64,000 nucleotides of DNA from Rhizaria sp. SCN 62-66. Lineage: Eukaryota. The notes under the pieces are model-generated. The model ran no database searches, was not told the origin of the DNA, and was given only the letters and a program-made list of their open reading frames with translations. Below, piece after piece: positions 38,201-51,111 of the stretch. Position numbers and translations under genes: made by a program. The stretch spans positions 62,001 to 126,000 of the forward strand of contig MEDY01000012.1 in the NCBI GenBank assembly GCA_001724265.1, given 5' to 3'. Within the stretch, counting starts at the first letter, position 1; every line of letters starts with the position of its first letter.

Positions 38201-41200
38201 TCGCGGCAGATGCGGCGAACCCGGCCTTGGCGTCACGGCCTACCAGTAGCAGCAGCAGTAGCAGCAGTGGGAGCGGCGGCGTCGCCGGCTCTGACAGTAC
38301 CAACCCACAGCGCAGTCTGTTTTTGGAGCAGCAGCGCATCATCTATGGCAACAACACCCCCGTCATCATCGCGACTGCGACTGGGAACACCCCCCCCAAG
38401 CCCGCTCTCCACGCCAGCACTAGGACAAGAGCCGCTGACTCTGTCCATGTCTCAGCCCCGATCCCTGGGATCCCGCGAGCTGCCGCGGTCACTGAGGCTC
38501 CTGCGGTCACAGCTAGCAACACCGCATCAGCGCCGGCTTCCAGCCAGGCTAACCGCCGCCGTCGCCACCGTCGTCCGGTCACCGTCGTCCCTCTGCCCGC
38601 TCCCGTGCCAGTCACCTTTCGCCGGCTTCCGGCCTCCTTTCTGGCGTCTCTGATCCCCGCCGTGTCCCGCGCCAAGCGCTACGCGGGCGTCATTGCGACC
38701 GCGGAGGAGGCCGCCGCAGCCGCAGCCGCCGCGGCCGCCGCATCTGCGGCCGCGGCGAGCGCCGCTGCGGCAGCTGTGGCTGACGCGTCCGTGAACGACT
38801 CGTGGCGCGAGGCCGTGCACGTGGCGGCGGAGCTGGCGTCGCGGCCGGATTTCCTGGGCGCGACTCCGTACTCGCTGCTGTTGCTGGGCACGCTGGCGAC
38901 GCTGACGCCTACGGTCGTCCCAGCGCCGTTCTTCCGCCACAGCCACAACGCGCACGCTGAAGCGGCCGGCAGTAGCGCTGGGATGGCGCCCTCACAGACT
39001 GCGGGCGCGGGCGATAGGTCGAGTCTGCGCTCTGCCGCTAATGCCGTCATCAACAGCAGCAAGAACGTGAATGCCGCGGGTGGCGCGCGCACTGCGACGG
39101 CGTCGAGTCACACCACGTCTTCGAGCGGTGCTGGCTCCACGGCTTCCGGCGCAAGCCAACAGTCGCCCCCCGCTCTCCAGTCCCCGCCCGTGTCGGTCCC
39201 GTTCAACTCTAACTACGGCGTCGTGACTGTGGGCGAGTACGGCTCGCGTCCCGGCTCGCCCGCCATCGCCCTCGGTCCTTCCGGTACCGCTGGCGGCGCA
39301 GTCGGCGCTGGCCACGGCCAGCAGCAGCAAATGGGGCCGCAACAGGGCTACGGGGGGATGTACACCGCCCGCGGCAGCGTCGTCAGTGTCGGCGGGCTTT
39401 CCCTGCACAACATGGGAGCGCCCAGCGAGTTCGACGGCGCGCCGAACGAGAACGGCAACAACAGCAACAACAGCGGTCAGAACAACGGCTCGTCTTCGTC
39501 TTCGTCGTCGTCAGCCGCATCGACCGCCACAGCCGTTCCTGCCCTCTTGCAGCAGCAGCCGTTGCCGGGACAGGGCCAGGGCCACGGCGCGAGCGCCGTG
39601 TCGCACCGCTACGCTCGCTTCGGTCCCGCGCCCATCATCGCCTCCACCGGTGCCAGCCCGGGCCACGGGCCCAGTGGCAGCGGCAACGGCGTGAGCGCGC
39701 TGGCGCTGCAGCCGGCGCCGCACACGGCGCTGATTCCCGTGCCGTCGGTGCTGCACCACCTGCCGCTGTCGACGCACGCGTCGGCACTCTCGCTGCCGCG
39801 CCTGGGCTACCACAAGAAGGCGTATTCGCTGACGACGCACCCGTTCCTCACGCCGCAGGGCAGCACGACAGGCCACCGCGGCAGCCAGCTGTCGGACCAC
39901 CTCACGCGCCTTGCCACGGTGTGCGTGCTCATCGTGGCGTGCCTCGTGCCGCTGATGGTGCAGTCGGACCCGGACATGGGCGTGCGCCGCGGCGTGTGGA
40001 TGCTTATCACACTGGCCGACTCGTCGATGCTCGCCTCCTCGGTGGCGCCGGAGCTGCCAGTCATCCAGCCCGTCGCGGACTCCGACGTTGACTCCAACAG
40101 TGCGAGCGCGAGTTCGAGTCCGAGTGCTGCGACCAAGAGCTCGCGGGACAGTGTGAGTGATGTGATGGAGCTCATGCAGTCCGCAATGCTCGGTCTCCCT
40201 CTCGCGCAGGGCGTGTTTTCGCTGTCCACGCGCACTGTCGCCGCTGATGCCGGAGACTCCGACGACGTAACTTATCTCAGCAGCGAGGATAGTGATGCCC
40301 AGAAACCACGATCGTCGCTGGTCAGTGTGTCCGCGTCACGCGCCCTTGCGCGCTCGCTTGCAGCGCTCACCCCAGTCCCAGTCGCGACTGTCGCATCAGC
40401 AATTTCCGACGCCGTAAATGCGGACACCGCGTCGATGACACCTGTGATGGGCCAAACCGACCAGAAGCGCCACGCCAGTCGTGCTGTGTTGAAGCGGTTG
40501 TGGCGTCTCGCGATGCACCCGCCGTCGGTTGTGCCTGCCGTCATGACTCCTCCTGCCGCCGGACGCAGTGTCGCTGAAGACGCTGCGAGCAAGATTCACA
40601 ACACGAGCACGGCAGCCAACGAGGATGACGACGACACGTGGGAGTGGGTTGTCTTGTCAAACAGCGGAGACGCGTTTTCACCCTTGGCCAACTACAGTGG
40701 CACAGGAACTGTGAACAGTCCTGAGTGCGTCGCTGTTGCGGCCTACATCACCGGCGCCGGCGGCGTCCTCGCCATCACCACGCGCACCGCACCGCAGTCT
40801 CAGTCCCAATCCCCGCGGAGCACGACCAGTCCCGAGTACACACTTCCCGGCCCCGGCGAGCCGATCGTGGACGAGGCCACGTGGTGCGCGATTCTGGAGA
40901 CGTTTGTGGCCCAGTTTGCACACAACCGCACGCCCGTTTTGTGGCTTGCCGTGAGCGGGAAACACGCCCAGGTAGAGTACATGCGAGGACAAACGGAGCT
41001 TACGACATTGTGGTCCCTTTCCGGGCTTCCGGGGTCTGTCACGGGGGCGTGGACCACCGCGTCCGCTCTCGCGGCACACGCGGCCGCTGCCGGTGCGAGC
41101 GCGCTTAAGACATCGTATGCCACAGTTGCGGGCGCGGTCAGGTGGGCTGCGGGGGCGCCGTTAAGCACTGACGATTACTATCGTGCGACAATCGATAGTG

Positions 41201-44200
41201 GCGTCACGAGTGACACCAACGCCGCTTCCGATGGCGTGGAGACGAGTTCAGCGAATGCGACTGAGAATTCGGATTCGAACATCACGGAGAATAGTGAGCC
41301 GGAGCAAGCGAGTGTTTATCTGGTTACACTCACGCGTCGCGGTGTGCGCACGGTGATTGCGACGACTGCCACATCACCTGAGGCCGCCAAGGCTGCCATG
41401 CTGTCACTGCCTTCGCTTGCCCCCCACTATGAGCAGCAGCAGCAGCAGCAGCAGCAAAAGGAGGACGAACAGCGCCTGCGTGCGGATAACATCAACGCAA
41501 CTCTGTCTGAGACCGACGCCGATGACGAGCCTACAGTCGGTGCCCGCGTCCCATCCCTGCCCGGCATCGGCAGCCCTAACACGGACGTGACGGTCCCTGA
41601 CACGCCTTTGTTCAACTCTCCCGTTCCTGCTCTGCGCCACGACCGCTGCGTCACCGCGGTCGGTCTGCTTTACACAAACTCGAACATGAAGGGCATCACA
41701 TTGCCGAGACCGACGTCGCAGAGCGTAACACTTGAGCACGCGATGAGCACACTTAATCCCGATCCGAGTGTTGTGGCGCAGTCTGATGAGACGGAGATGA
41801 TGGCGAAACGCAAGCGCGCTGCGATTGCGCTTGCCGAGCTTGGTGCTTTTGCTCTCCACACCACCGCCGCTGAGTCTAGCACAGAGAATGGAGTTCTCGC
41901 CACCTCTGCTGCGAATGCCCGCGCTACCGTGTCCCCTCGTGCATTCACCGTTTCTGGCGACGGTTTAGGCAGTGTCATTTACTCCACCACTCCGCTGCTC
42001 GCCGCCATGGCGCCGTTTGCCATCGCCTCGTTCATCGTCATCATCGTCGTGCTCTTGTTCGCCGGCCTCAAGTTCCACGCACTCAGTGAGACCCTCGTCG
42101 TCCGGCCGCTGCGCAACATGATGATGCTCGTGCGCGAAGTGCAGGATAAGCCGCTCACGTTCCACAAGCAGCAGCAGCGCCAGCCGCCGCCGGCCACGGC
42201 TGCCGCGGATGCGCCCGCGACCGCGGCCACGGTCAACGATACCGGTCTACTGGAGCGCACCCTTCTCAAGCTTTCGCTGCTCACACAGGTCGGTTTCGGC
42301 GAGGCCGGCGCGCGCATCGTCGCCACTGCACTGCGGCCCATCACGCAGCGTGCGCGCGGCGGAGCGGCGGCGACGATCGCGGCGACCAGCGCGATTGCGA
42401 CCGCGGCTGCGGCGTCGTGCGCGAATACCGCGGCGCTGTTTTCACCGTCGTTCCTTGCTCTCGCGGACGCGGTCGGTGCACGCATTGGCGAAGGACCACA
42501 ACCCATCATTTCTTCGAGCGAGAACAACAAGAACATCAATTGCAACGCCAGCAACATCGCCAACTCCGGCCCGGCTCCTACCGGCTCCGCTGGTGCGACT
42601 GGGCTCGCGAGCAGCGCCTCTGGCGCCACTGTGCGGGCCGGCGGCGCGCTCACCGTCGTCGCCCCGCCCACAGAAGCCGTTGTGCGCACTACGGGCTCGT
42701 TCCAGGCACCGATCTTTGCCTCCGCCGCCGCGACTAGCGCAGCTGCTGCCGCGGCTGCCGCGGCCACCGCGAGTGTGACTGCACAGGCTGCCGCTGCAGG
42801 CGCCAACGCAGGCGCCGCGACTATGTCCGTCGGCACTGGCGTCGGCGGTCTAGCTAGAAGCGCGGGCACTTTGGACATCACTCAACAGGGTCGCAAGGTG
42901 CTTGCGATTCTTGGTTTCTGCGACGTGCGTCAGTTCACGGACGCGACCGAGTACCTCCGTGACCAAGTCATGATTTACGTCAACGGTATCGCCGACATCG
43001 TCCACGAACAGACCACTGAGTGCCTCGGGTTCCCGAACAAGAACGTCGGTGACGCCTTCTTGCTGGTGTGGCGTCTGCCCGAACAGCTCTGGCGACACAC
43101 GCCGCCGGCGAGCCCGCAGCAGTCGTCCTCGTCGGGCTCCTCGTCGTCCTAGAACCTGTCGTCCTCGTCCTCGTCATCGTCGCCCTCATCGTCGACGTCG
43201 TCGTCGGAGAGCGAGACCGAGAGTGACGAGCGTGATACCGTGTACAGTTACATCACAAACAAGTCTGACACTGCTACGTCGACCGGCGCCGCGAACGGGC
43301 GCCACAGCCGCAGCGCAACAAAGGCGGCTCGCTTGTTCTACTCGAGCCGCAAGGCGAACAACACCATCGTTCCCGGCATGAACAGCCGCGCTGCCGCCGC
43401 TTTGCGTGCCAGCGGCGGCGGTGATCTCCGCAGCAACGGTGCGAATGACAGCAGCGACGATGGCGAAGGCGCTAGTGAGAGCGAGAGCACCCAACGTCGC
43501 CGCGCCCGTCGCACTCGCGTCGTCGCGGCCCGCGGCCTCGCCCACTGGCGCCACCACCGCACGCGCCGTGCGGCCGCGATCGCCGCTGCGGACGCAGACG
43601 CTGCAGCGTTCGCGGCGGCCGCGGCCGTGCCTCGCGATGACTCGAATCCGAACCGGAACAGCGGCGCTCTGCCGAATAACTCTCCAGTCGCTGTCACGGG
43701 GGCTGTTGACGGCGATGACTACGTTGGGCTGGCTGATAGTAGTGCCGGCGAGTCGATCGAGGCCCTTCTCTCCGGCAGCAGCGACAGCGAAGACCCGTAC
43801 GTGGAGGCGACTGAGGACGGAGATCTGGCCGTCATCTTTGGATTTGGGCTGCCTACCGTCACCTCAACCCCTGCAACCCAGTCTACGACTGCGCCGAGTC
43901 CTATCGCCAGCTCTGGCACGAGGAGCACAAGGGCCAACTCGACGGCCCTCGCGCTGGCCAACAACACTGCCAATGCGCCAACGCGCGCCGCACTGACGCC
44001 TGCTGCAGCGTTCGAGCTCTACACCGAGCACTACGCGCGCTTGCTCCTTGCGCAAAAGGTCATTTACGCCGCGCCCCAGCGCTTTATGGCCAGCGCGCGT
44101 GCCGTGGCCTATCAAAAGCTCGCGCGCAGCGACGCGGTGCGCACGGGCAAGCTCGTCGTTTCGGCCCCACCGACCGTCGCGCACTCGTGGGCTCAGTCGC

Positions 44201-47200
44201 ACGCTCACTCGCAGCCTCAAGGCATCGCGCGCGCGCTGCCGCGGCAGCTGCTGTCGCAGCTGTACGTCACTGCCGGATCTGCACTCGCCACGGTCACCAC
44301 GGCGGCTGCGTTCTTGCGAAGGTATGGTCCCTCTGCCACCGCGGCACCGCGCATTGCATCATCAGCTAAGCCACATGCGGGTAGGCAGAGCAAGCTCGGT
44401 GGTGCCGTCCGTGCTGATGTTGACGATGACGCGAACGCGAACACGCTGGCTCAGAAGCGGTTCGTAGCGCGCCTCCGTCGCCAGTTCGCTTTCACTGAAG
44501 AGTCAGATTCGGACATCGAAACGATCGCTGCAGCGGCTGCGGCCGAGGCGCGTCGTCGCCCTCGGCGCTCTAGACACGGCAACAGCACGAACTCCGACTC
44601 GTTCTCGGGCTCTGGTTCCGGCTCCGGCTCCGGCTCTGGCTCTCACACAGGCTCTGGCTCTGGATCCGGGTCGGACCACCGGCCGCGCTCTCGCTCACAA
44701 TCGCGTTCCGGCTCCGGCTCGGGCAGCTCACGCTCACGGTCCGGCTCGCGCAACCACATGCCCATCTCCGCTGTGACTGCCTCCGCCTACGGTTTCATCT
44801 TTCCGCGTTCGGGTAGTCTTCCCGCCGGCGGCAGCAACACGGCTGCGCTGAGCGCGGGCGACGCTGAGACCGAGCGCGCGCACCGCCGCCGTAGCAACAG
44901 CCACAACCGTAGCCGCAGCGGCAGCCGCAGCCGCAGCGGCATCCACACGACCGCTGACGGCAACGCCAACACCGATACTACCAGCGGTAACGCTGCCGTT
45001 GGCTCGAGTCGCGGCCGCGGGCACGAGGGCGGCGCGGGCTCGGCTATTGACGCGCTTGCCGCTGACGCTGGGATCCCGCGCTCCCGCTCGCGCTCGCAAT
45101 CGCGGTCGCGTTCGCCCCAGCTCAGCGCCCGCCGAGTGCGCTGGGCCGCCGCAGGCGGTGCTTCCGGTCCAGCCACCGGCGCCCCCGACGGCGGTCAGCG
45201 CCACAGCAGCGGCCGCAGTGGGCGACGCTCTCGAGCCCGCTCCGGCGACAGCGATGACAGCGACGCCGGGCCGCCCACGCTGCCCCCGCCGCGCGTACCG
45301 CCTGCGATCGCCGCCCTCATCAACGGCAGCAACAACAGCAGCAACAATAACAACAGCAAGGTGATTGCCCCGAGGGCTGCTTCTGGCACGAGCGCCGGCG
45401 TTGTCGGGACGCGCTGCAAGAAGCCCCGCCTGCCGCCCACCGTCCCGGTCCCGCCCGGCCTGCGCCTGTTCTTGTTTCCGCGTCTGCTGCGCCGCGCCTT
45501 CGCGGGCGGCGACACGGTGGGCGCAGACTCGCGCGGCAGGGACCGCGGCGCCGCGCGCGCTGCGAAGCCCGCGAAGTCTGCGGCTGGCTCGGGGGCCCGC
45601 AAGGGGAGCGCGCCTGATGGCGATGGCTACGATGACGATGACGACGATGACAACGATGATGATGATGATGACGATGATGATGACGACGACGACGACGACG
45701 ACGATGATGATGATGACGAGAACTTCGATGTTTTCCTCCTCTCGTCTCCGCCTGTCGCCCCCGCTGCCGTCCCCTCTGCACCGGCTCCTAACCCAGCGAG
45801 GTCGAGCACGAGCTCGGCGCAGCGCATGCAGACCGGTAATGCAGAGATGCCGGCCTCCGCCGCGGCTGCCGAAATCGCTGCTGCAGGTCCTGGCGCTGGC
45901 GTCGCCTATGGTGCTGGTCCGACTGACACAGTTAGAGTCTTCCCTGCCGATGGCTACACACAGAGCAACGAACACTACAACTACTACCGCGGCGAGAGTA
46001 TTACAGATGCTGTCATCAACGGCGGCCTTGACGGCAGTCCCAATCATTACCACAACGGAGGTGCTGGTAGCGGAGTCCACTCCGGCCACCCTGCCTACAG
46101 TCACTCTGCCCACGGTCACAGCCTCAACGACAACAGTGCTCAAGACGGCCACGATAGCGACTTCGACGACGAAGACGAGGACGACTACGACGATTACAGC
46201 GACACGCGTTCAATCTCATCCTCGTCTTCGTCCTCCTCCGCAGCTGTCGGTGAGCACCACAATCACCCCGACAACGGCACCCGCCCGCGCCGCCGCCGCC
46301 ACCGCCGCCGCGACAGCGTCGTGGGTGCCGCGCCGCAGGCCCAGGGCCAACAACAGCAGCACCATCGGCGCCGTCGCCGTCACCGCAACAGTCTGGGCGA
46401 CTCGGACGCCAGCGAAGACGTCGACCTCGACAACATCTACGCCAGCGCTGCCGCGGTCCATGGCCCGGGCGCCGGCGCCGGGCCGCGCGGCAGCGACGGC
46501 GACGGTGACGGCGACTGCGACGGCGTCGTCGGCGTCGGCGTCGGCGTCGGCGGCGAGCCCGATGACGCAACCGTGGCCGCGGCCGCGATGATGGCGCTCG
46601 TGCGCATGCAGAGCATCGCCTCAGTCGGCAGCATTGGCAGCGCGGGCAGCGTCAACACTGCTGCTGCTGCTGTCGCTGCGGCTGCCGCGACCGCAGCTGC
46701 TGCGGCGCGCGGGATGAGCAGCGGCGTGTTCGGCGGCTCCGGTGCCTTCGGCGGCAGCGTGTGCTTTGACCCCGCGGCGGCGTCGCTCGCGATGATGCCT
46801 GGCGGGGGCGCGTTCAACATGAACAGCAACGCTACCATGATGATGATGCCGCCGTCGCCTGAAGCGACTGTCGCCGCTGCCAACGCTGCTGCTGCAGCTG
46901 CCAACGTGGCTATTGCGTCGCAGGCCTCCACCGCCGCGAACGCTGGTTTGACGCAGCAGCAACACCAGGAGCAGCAGCAGATGCAGTGGCAGATGCTGTA
47001 CGACAATTTCTTCCAGCATCATTTGTTCATGCAGCAGCAGCAACAACAGCTTTGGCATCAACAGCAACAGCATCAGATGTTCTTGGCGTCACAAGGCGTT
47101 GTGCCCACACCGGCTGGACCCGGCCACACTTTCTTCCCCCCACCCGCATCGCCCGGTGGTGCCGCTGGTATGTTCGGTGCGACTACAAGCAACATCTCGG

Positions 47201-50200
47201 CTCCTGCACCGAGCCCAGCGCAAAGCCACGGCCACGGCCACATCATGGCGGCGCCGCCCGGCGGCGACCCCGGTACGGCTGATTTCGCGGCGATGTCGCT
47301 CGATTTCGACGAGATGGATTCCACCACGCTCGCTGCGCCCGTCGCCACAAACAACAACGCGAACCCACCGAAGACTAACATGAGCACGATCCCACAGGCA
47401 AGCACTGTTAGCAGTCAACACCATCTGCAGTATCCCGGCTCATTCAGCGGCGACGGCGGCAGCGTCCCTGATGGCCTCACCAACAACTCCAGTGCCGGCG
47501 CCGCCGGCGTCATCACTGCACCCGTCGCCCGCCGTCACCAGCAGTCTAGAGGCCCCAACGCCCCCGCCGCGCACGGCGGCCACACTCTCACAGTCAACCA
47601 AGGACAGACGCACACCCCTAACCACGGGCTGTTCTTGACCGAGTCGGTGCCGCCGCCCTCGGTGACCATCACGCCGGGCGCGCTGGGCCGCGTGACGAGC
47701 AGCACGAGCGCCACGACAAGCAGCAGCAACGGCACCACCACGACCAGCAACAGCAGCAGCAGTGGCGGCGCAGGCGCCGGCATGGTCGCGCTTGGCAACG
47801 CAGCGCCTCTCACCGGCGCGCCGCCGCCGCAAGTCACGGCGCGCTCCGGCGCTCCCCGCCGCGGCTCCCGCGCGCGCGCGCACTCGCGCTCCGGCTCGCG
47901 CTCCGGCTCCCGCTCCGGCTCGCGCAGCGGCTCGCGGCCGGGGTCGCGCACAGGGTCCCGGTCGGCCTCGCGCTCGCGCTCGCAGTCGCACACGGTCGGC
48001 GACGCCCCTGGCACTGCCGCTGGCGCGGCCACGACCGGGACCACCGCCACTACGGGCGGGAATGTTGCGGGCGTGATTGTAAACGTGAACCCGGTGATTA
48101 CCGCCGCGCACGGTCAAAACTCGACCGCGGACTCTGATGCGTTCATGAACGCGTCTCTCGCAGCCACGGACATGTGCGGCTTAACTTTGCCCGCACTGCC
48201 TGACCCCGACCCGCGGCCCGAGTCGTCGCTGGGGTACTCGTCGCTGCATCACAGCTATTTGCACAGCGCCACACCCTTGCCCGGCGGCGCTTACCGGGCC
48301 AGTCTCAGTATCGCCGGCCGCGCCTCGGCGGGCCCCGTGCCTGGCGCTGGCCCTGGGGTTCGCGCTGGTGCTGACGGCCGTGCGTCGTCTCGGTACAGCA
48401 CCGAGTCGGACGCGCAGACCAACACCACCAGCACGCACGCGGACACGCGCAGTGACACGCCCGCCACGGGCTCGGCCACTGGCTCAGGCGCAGGTTCTGG
48501 CACAGGTTCTGGCACTACCGGCTCCGGAACAGGCTCTGGCTCTGGCAATGACACTGGCACTGGCTCTGGCACAGGCTCTGGCGCCGGCTCCGGGACTTAC
48601 CCAAGCTCCAACGCGCCGTCGTCGAGTGCCGGTCGCTACGGCCAGTCACCCATCCCTGCCGCCGCAGCAGCTGCCCATAATAGCGCTGATCTCTCCCCTG
48701 TGCGCCACCTGTCGTTCTCGCCATCGCACTCGCCCTACCACAACACCGCCAACGCCAACGGCGCTCCAGCGAACCTTGCTGGCGGCTTCAGCTTTGGCGG
48801 TAGTGGCGACGCGCAGCTCTTCGCAACGCCCCCGAAGCTCGACTCACTTTTCGCCAACGCGTCGTTTGCGGGCGGCTCGTTCCTGTCTCCGACCGCCGCC
48901 GCGCTCGCTGCGGCCGCCGTCACGGCTGCCGCACTGTCCCCGGCCGGCGCCAAGCCCGCGACCGGCGGCCGGCCCGGAGCGGCAGCGACGACTGCGGCGC
49001 TGTTGTCCGCGGCGGCGACCCTGTTGCCGATGTCGACCTCGGCCGCCGCCGCCGCCGCGGCGTTCCCGTACTCGTCCTCGGCGCTCACGGCCGCGCTGTC
49101 GCGGCGGCTGCGGCCGCGGCTGGTGTACGACTACGTGTCGGGTCGCTGCGTGAGCTACGCCAAGCTGGTCCCGCTGCTGCGCGAGCGCGCGCGCGCGCTG
49201 GCCATTATGCAGACGCCGCCCCCGCGTCTCTGGGTGTCGTCGGCGGCCACAACGAGCGCCAACACCGGCGATAACGGTAATCAAGGCATGAGTCGGAGCG
49301 CAAGCGGCGGCAATGCAGCGACAAGAACACGGTCTGGGACGGTATCCGGCAGCAACAACGTTGCCTATGGCTCTAGTAGAAATACACTGAATGGAGCTGC
49401 AGGACGGTTCTTGCCCGGTAGTTTCATCCCTGCGCCAGGCGCATATAATGCTGCAGCGCCGCTTCAGATGCAGATGTCTATGGCGTCGATGCCTTTTGCG
49501 GCGTCTATGTCCCCCGGCTTTGGTGCCGCCGCGACATCTTCGTCGATGTTCACCGGAAGCGTCGCCGCCCCGTTCCCGTTCGCCTACCAGAATATGTTCC
49601 CCGGCGCCGCGACCGGACCTGCGCCCGCGTTCCCACATCCCCCGATGGCCATGCCTGCTTCCGCCTCGGCGCCTGTGCCGGGGTCGGCCCCAGTGCAGGA
49701 GCCGGGCCAGGGCCTGATGCTGCCCGCGATGGCCCCCGCGCTGCTCCAACAGACCGCGATGAACTCCTCCATGGTCGGCTCGGACTTCTTCCCGTTCGGC
49801 GCGACAGGCACGACGAGCGGCAGCGGCAGCGGCAGCGGCAGCGGCGTCGGCAGCAGTGGCGGCGCGTCCGCGTTCGCTGCTGCCCCGGCCAACAGCGGCA
49901 GCAACAACAGCCCCGGCGCGCAGGTGCCGATGCGGATGCCGCCGTCGTTTGTGCGCGTTAACAGCACCGGGCAGGCCTTCCCTGTTCTGCCCTACATGAG
50001 TGCGTACAATGCCGGCGTCAACCCGCAGCTCTCTCCCGCTCACGCCCAGGCACAGCAAGCGCAGGCATCAGCGTTCCATGCGTGCATGCAGCAGCTCCAG
50101 CAGCAGCTCCAGCAGCAGCAACAGCAGCAGGTTTCGACCAGTGTAATGACGCCGATGAACGCTGGCGTGAACAACGCGAGTCCTTTCGCCACGCCCGCGC

Positions 50201-51041
50201 GTGTCCGTGCTGCGGTGCCGTTTGTCGCTGCGCTGAACGCCCAAAGCAACGCCAGTAACACTGATCCTGATGGTGCAACGTCTGGTGCCGTGGCTGGTGC
50301 TCAAACCAGCATGAGCACGTTGGCGCCGCACACTCCCGTCCGTGTGGGTCCCGGCTCTGCTCTCGCCGCCGCTAGTGCCGCCGCGACTCCTGGCCTGAAC
50401 TCCGGTGACAGGCCAATGCCGCCGCCGTCGGTCGTCATCACGACGCCGCCGCCTTTCCCCGCCACAACCAGCAACAACGAAGGCGCAAGTGGCAGTGCTG
50501 TTCACACAACAAGCCCTAACAGCGGCCTTATCTTGCCTGCCTTTGTGCCGCGCTCGCCGTTCCCGGCCGCTTTCTGTCCATCTCTCGGCCTTGGCCTAAG
50601 TCACAGTCAGAACGCTGGCGCTTTCCCCCCCGCTTTTGCTTTTGGTGGGGGCGCGCCCGGGGGCTTGCAAGTGCAGCCCCCTGGGTCGCCGTTCTTTTAC
50701 CCGTCTTTGGCGTACGGGAGTAATTCTTATCTCGGCGCTGATGCGAACACTGGCGCTGCTACCATGGGCCCGGGTCCGAGAGTCGGTGCCAGCGATCTTG
50801 CCTTCGCACTCGCGCGCTCGCAGTCCTTATTCACCAGTCCGCTTGCAGCTGCGAACAGTGGTCTCTACAGCAACAACCCCGGTGCTGGTGCCGGTGCGGC
50901 GATGATGGGGACGCCTAGCTTCAGTCCTACAAATGCGTACAGCAACAACAACTTTGCAGGCTCTGTCCCCATCTTCTCGCCCTACTCCCCTTTCCAACCA
51001 CAACCGCCACAGTTCCCTTCCCCATCCATGACTCAACAACC

Positions 51042-51111
<70 letters not shown>

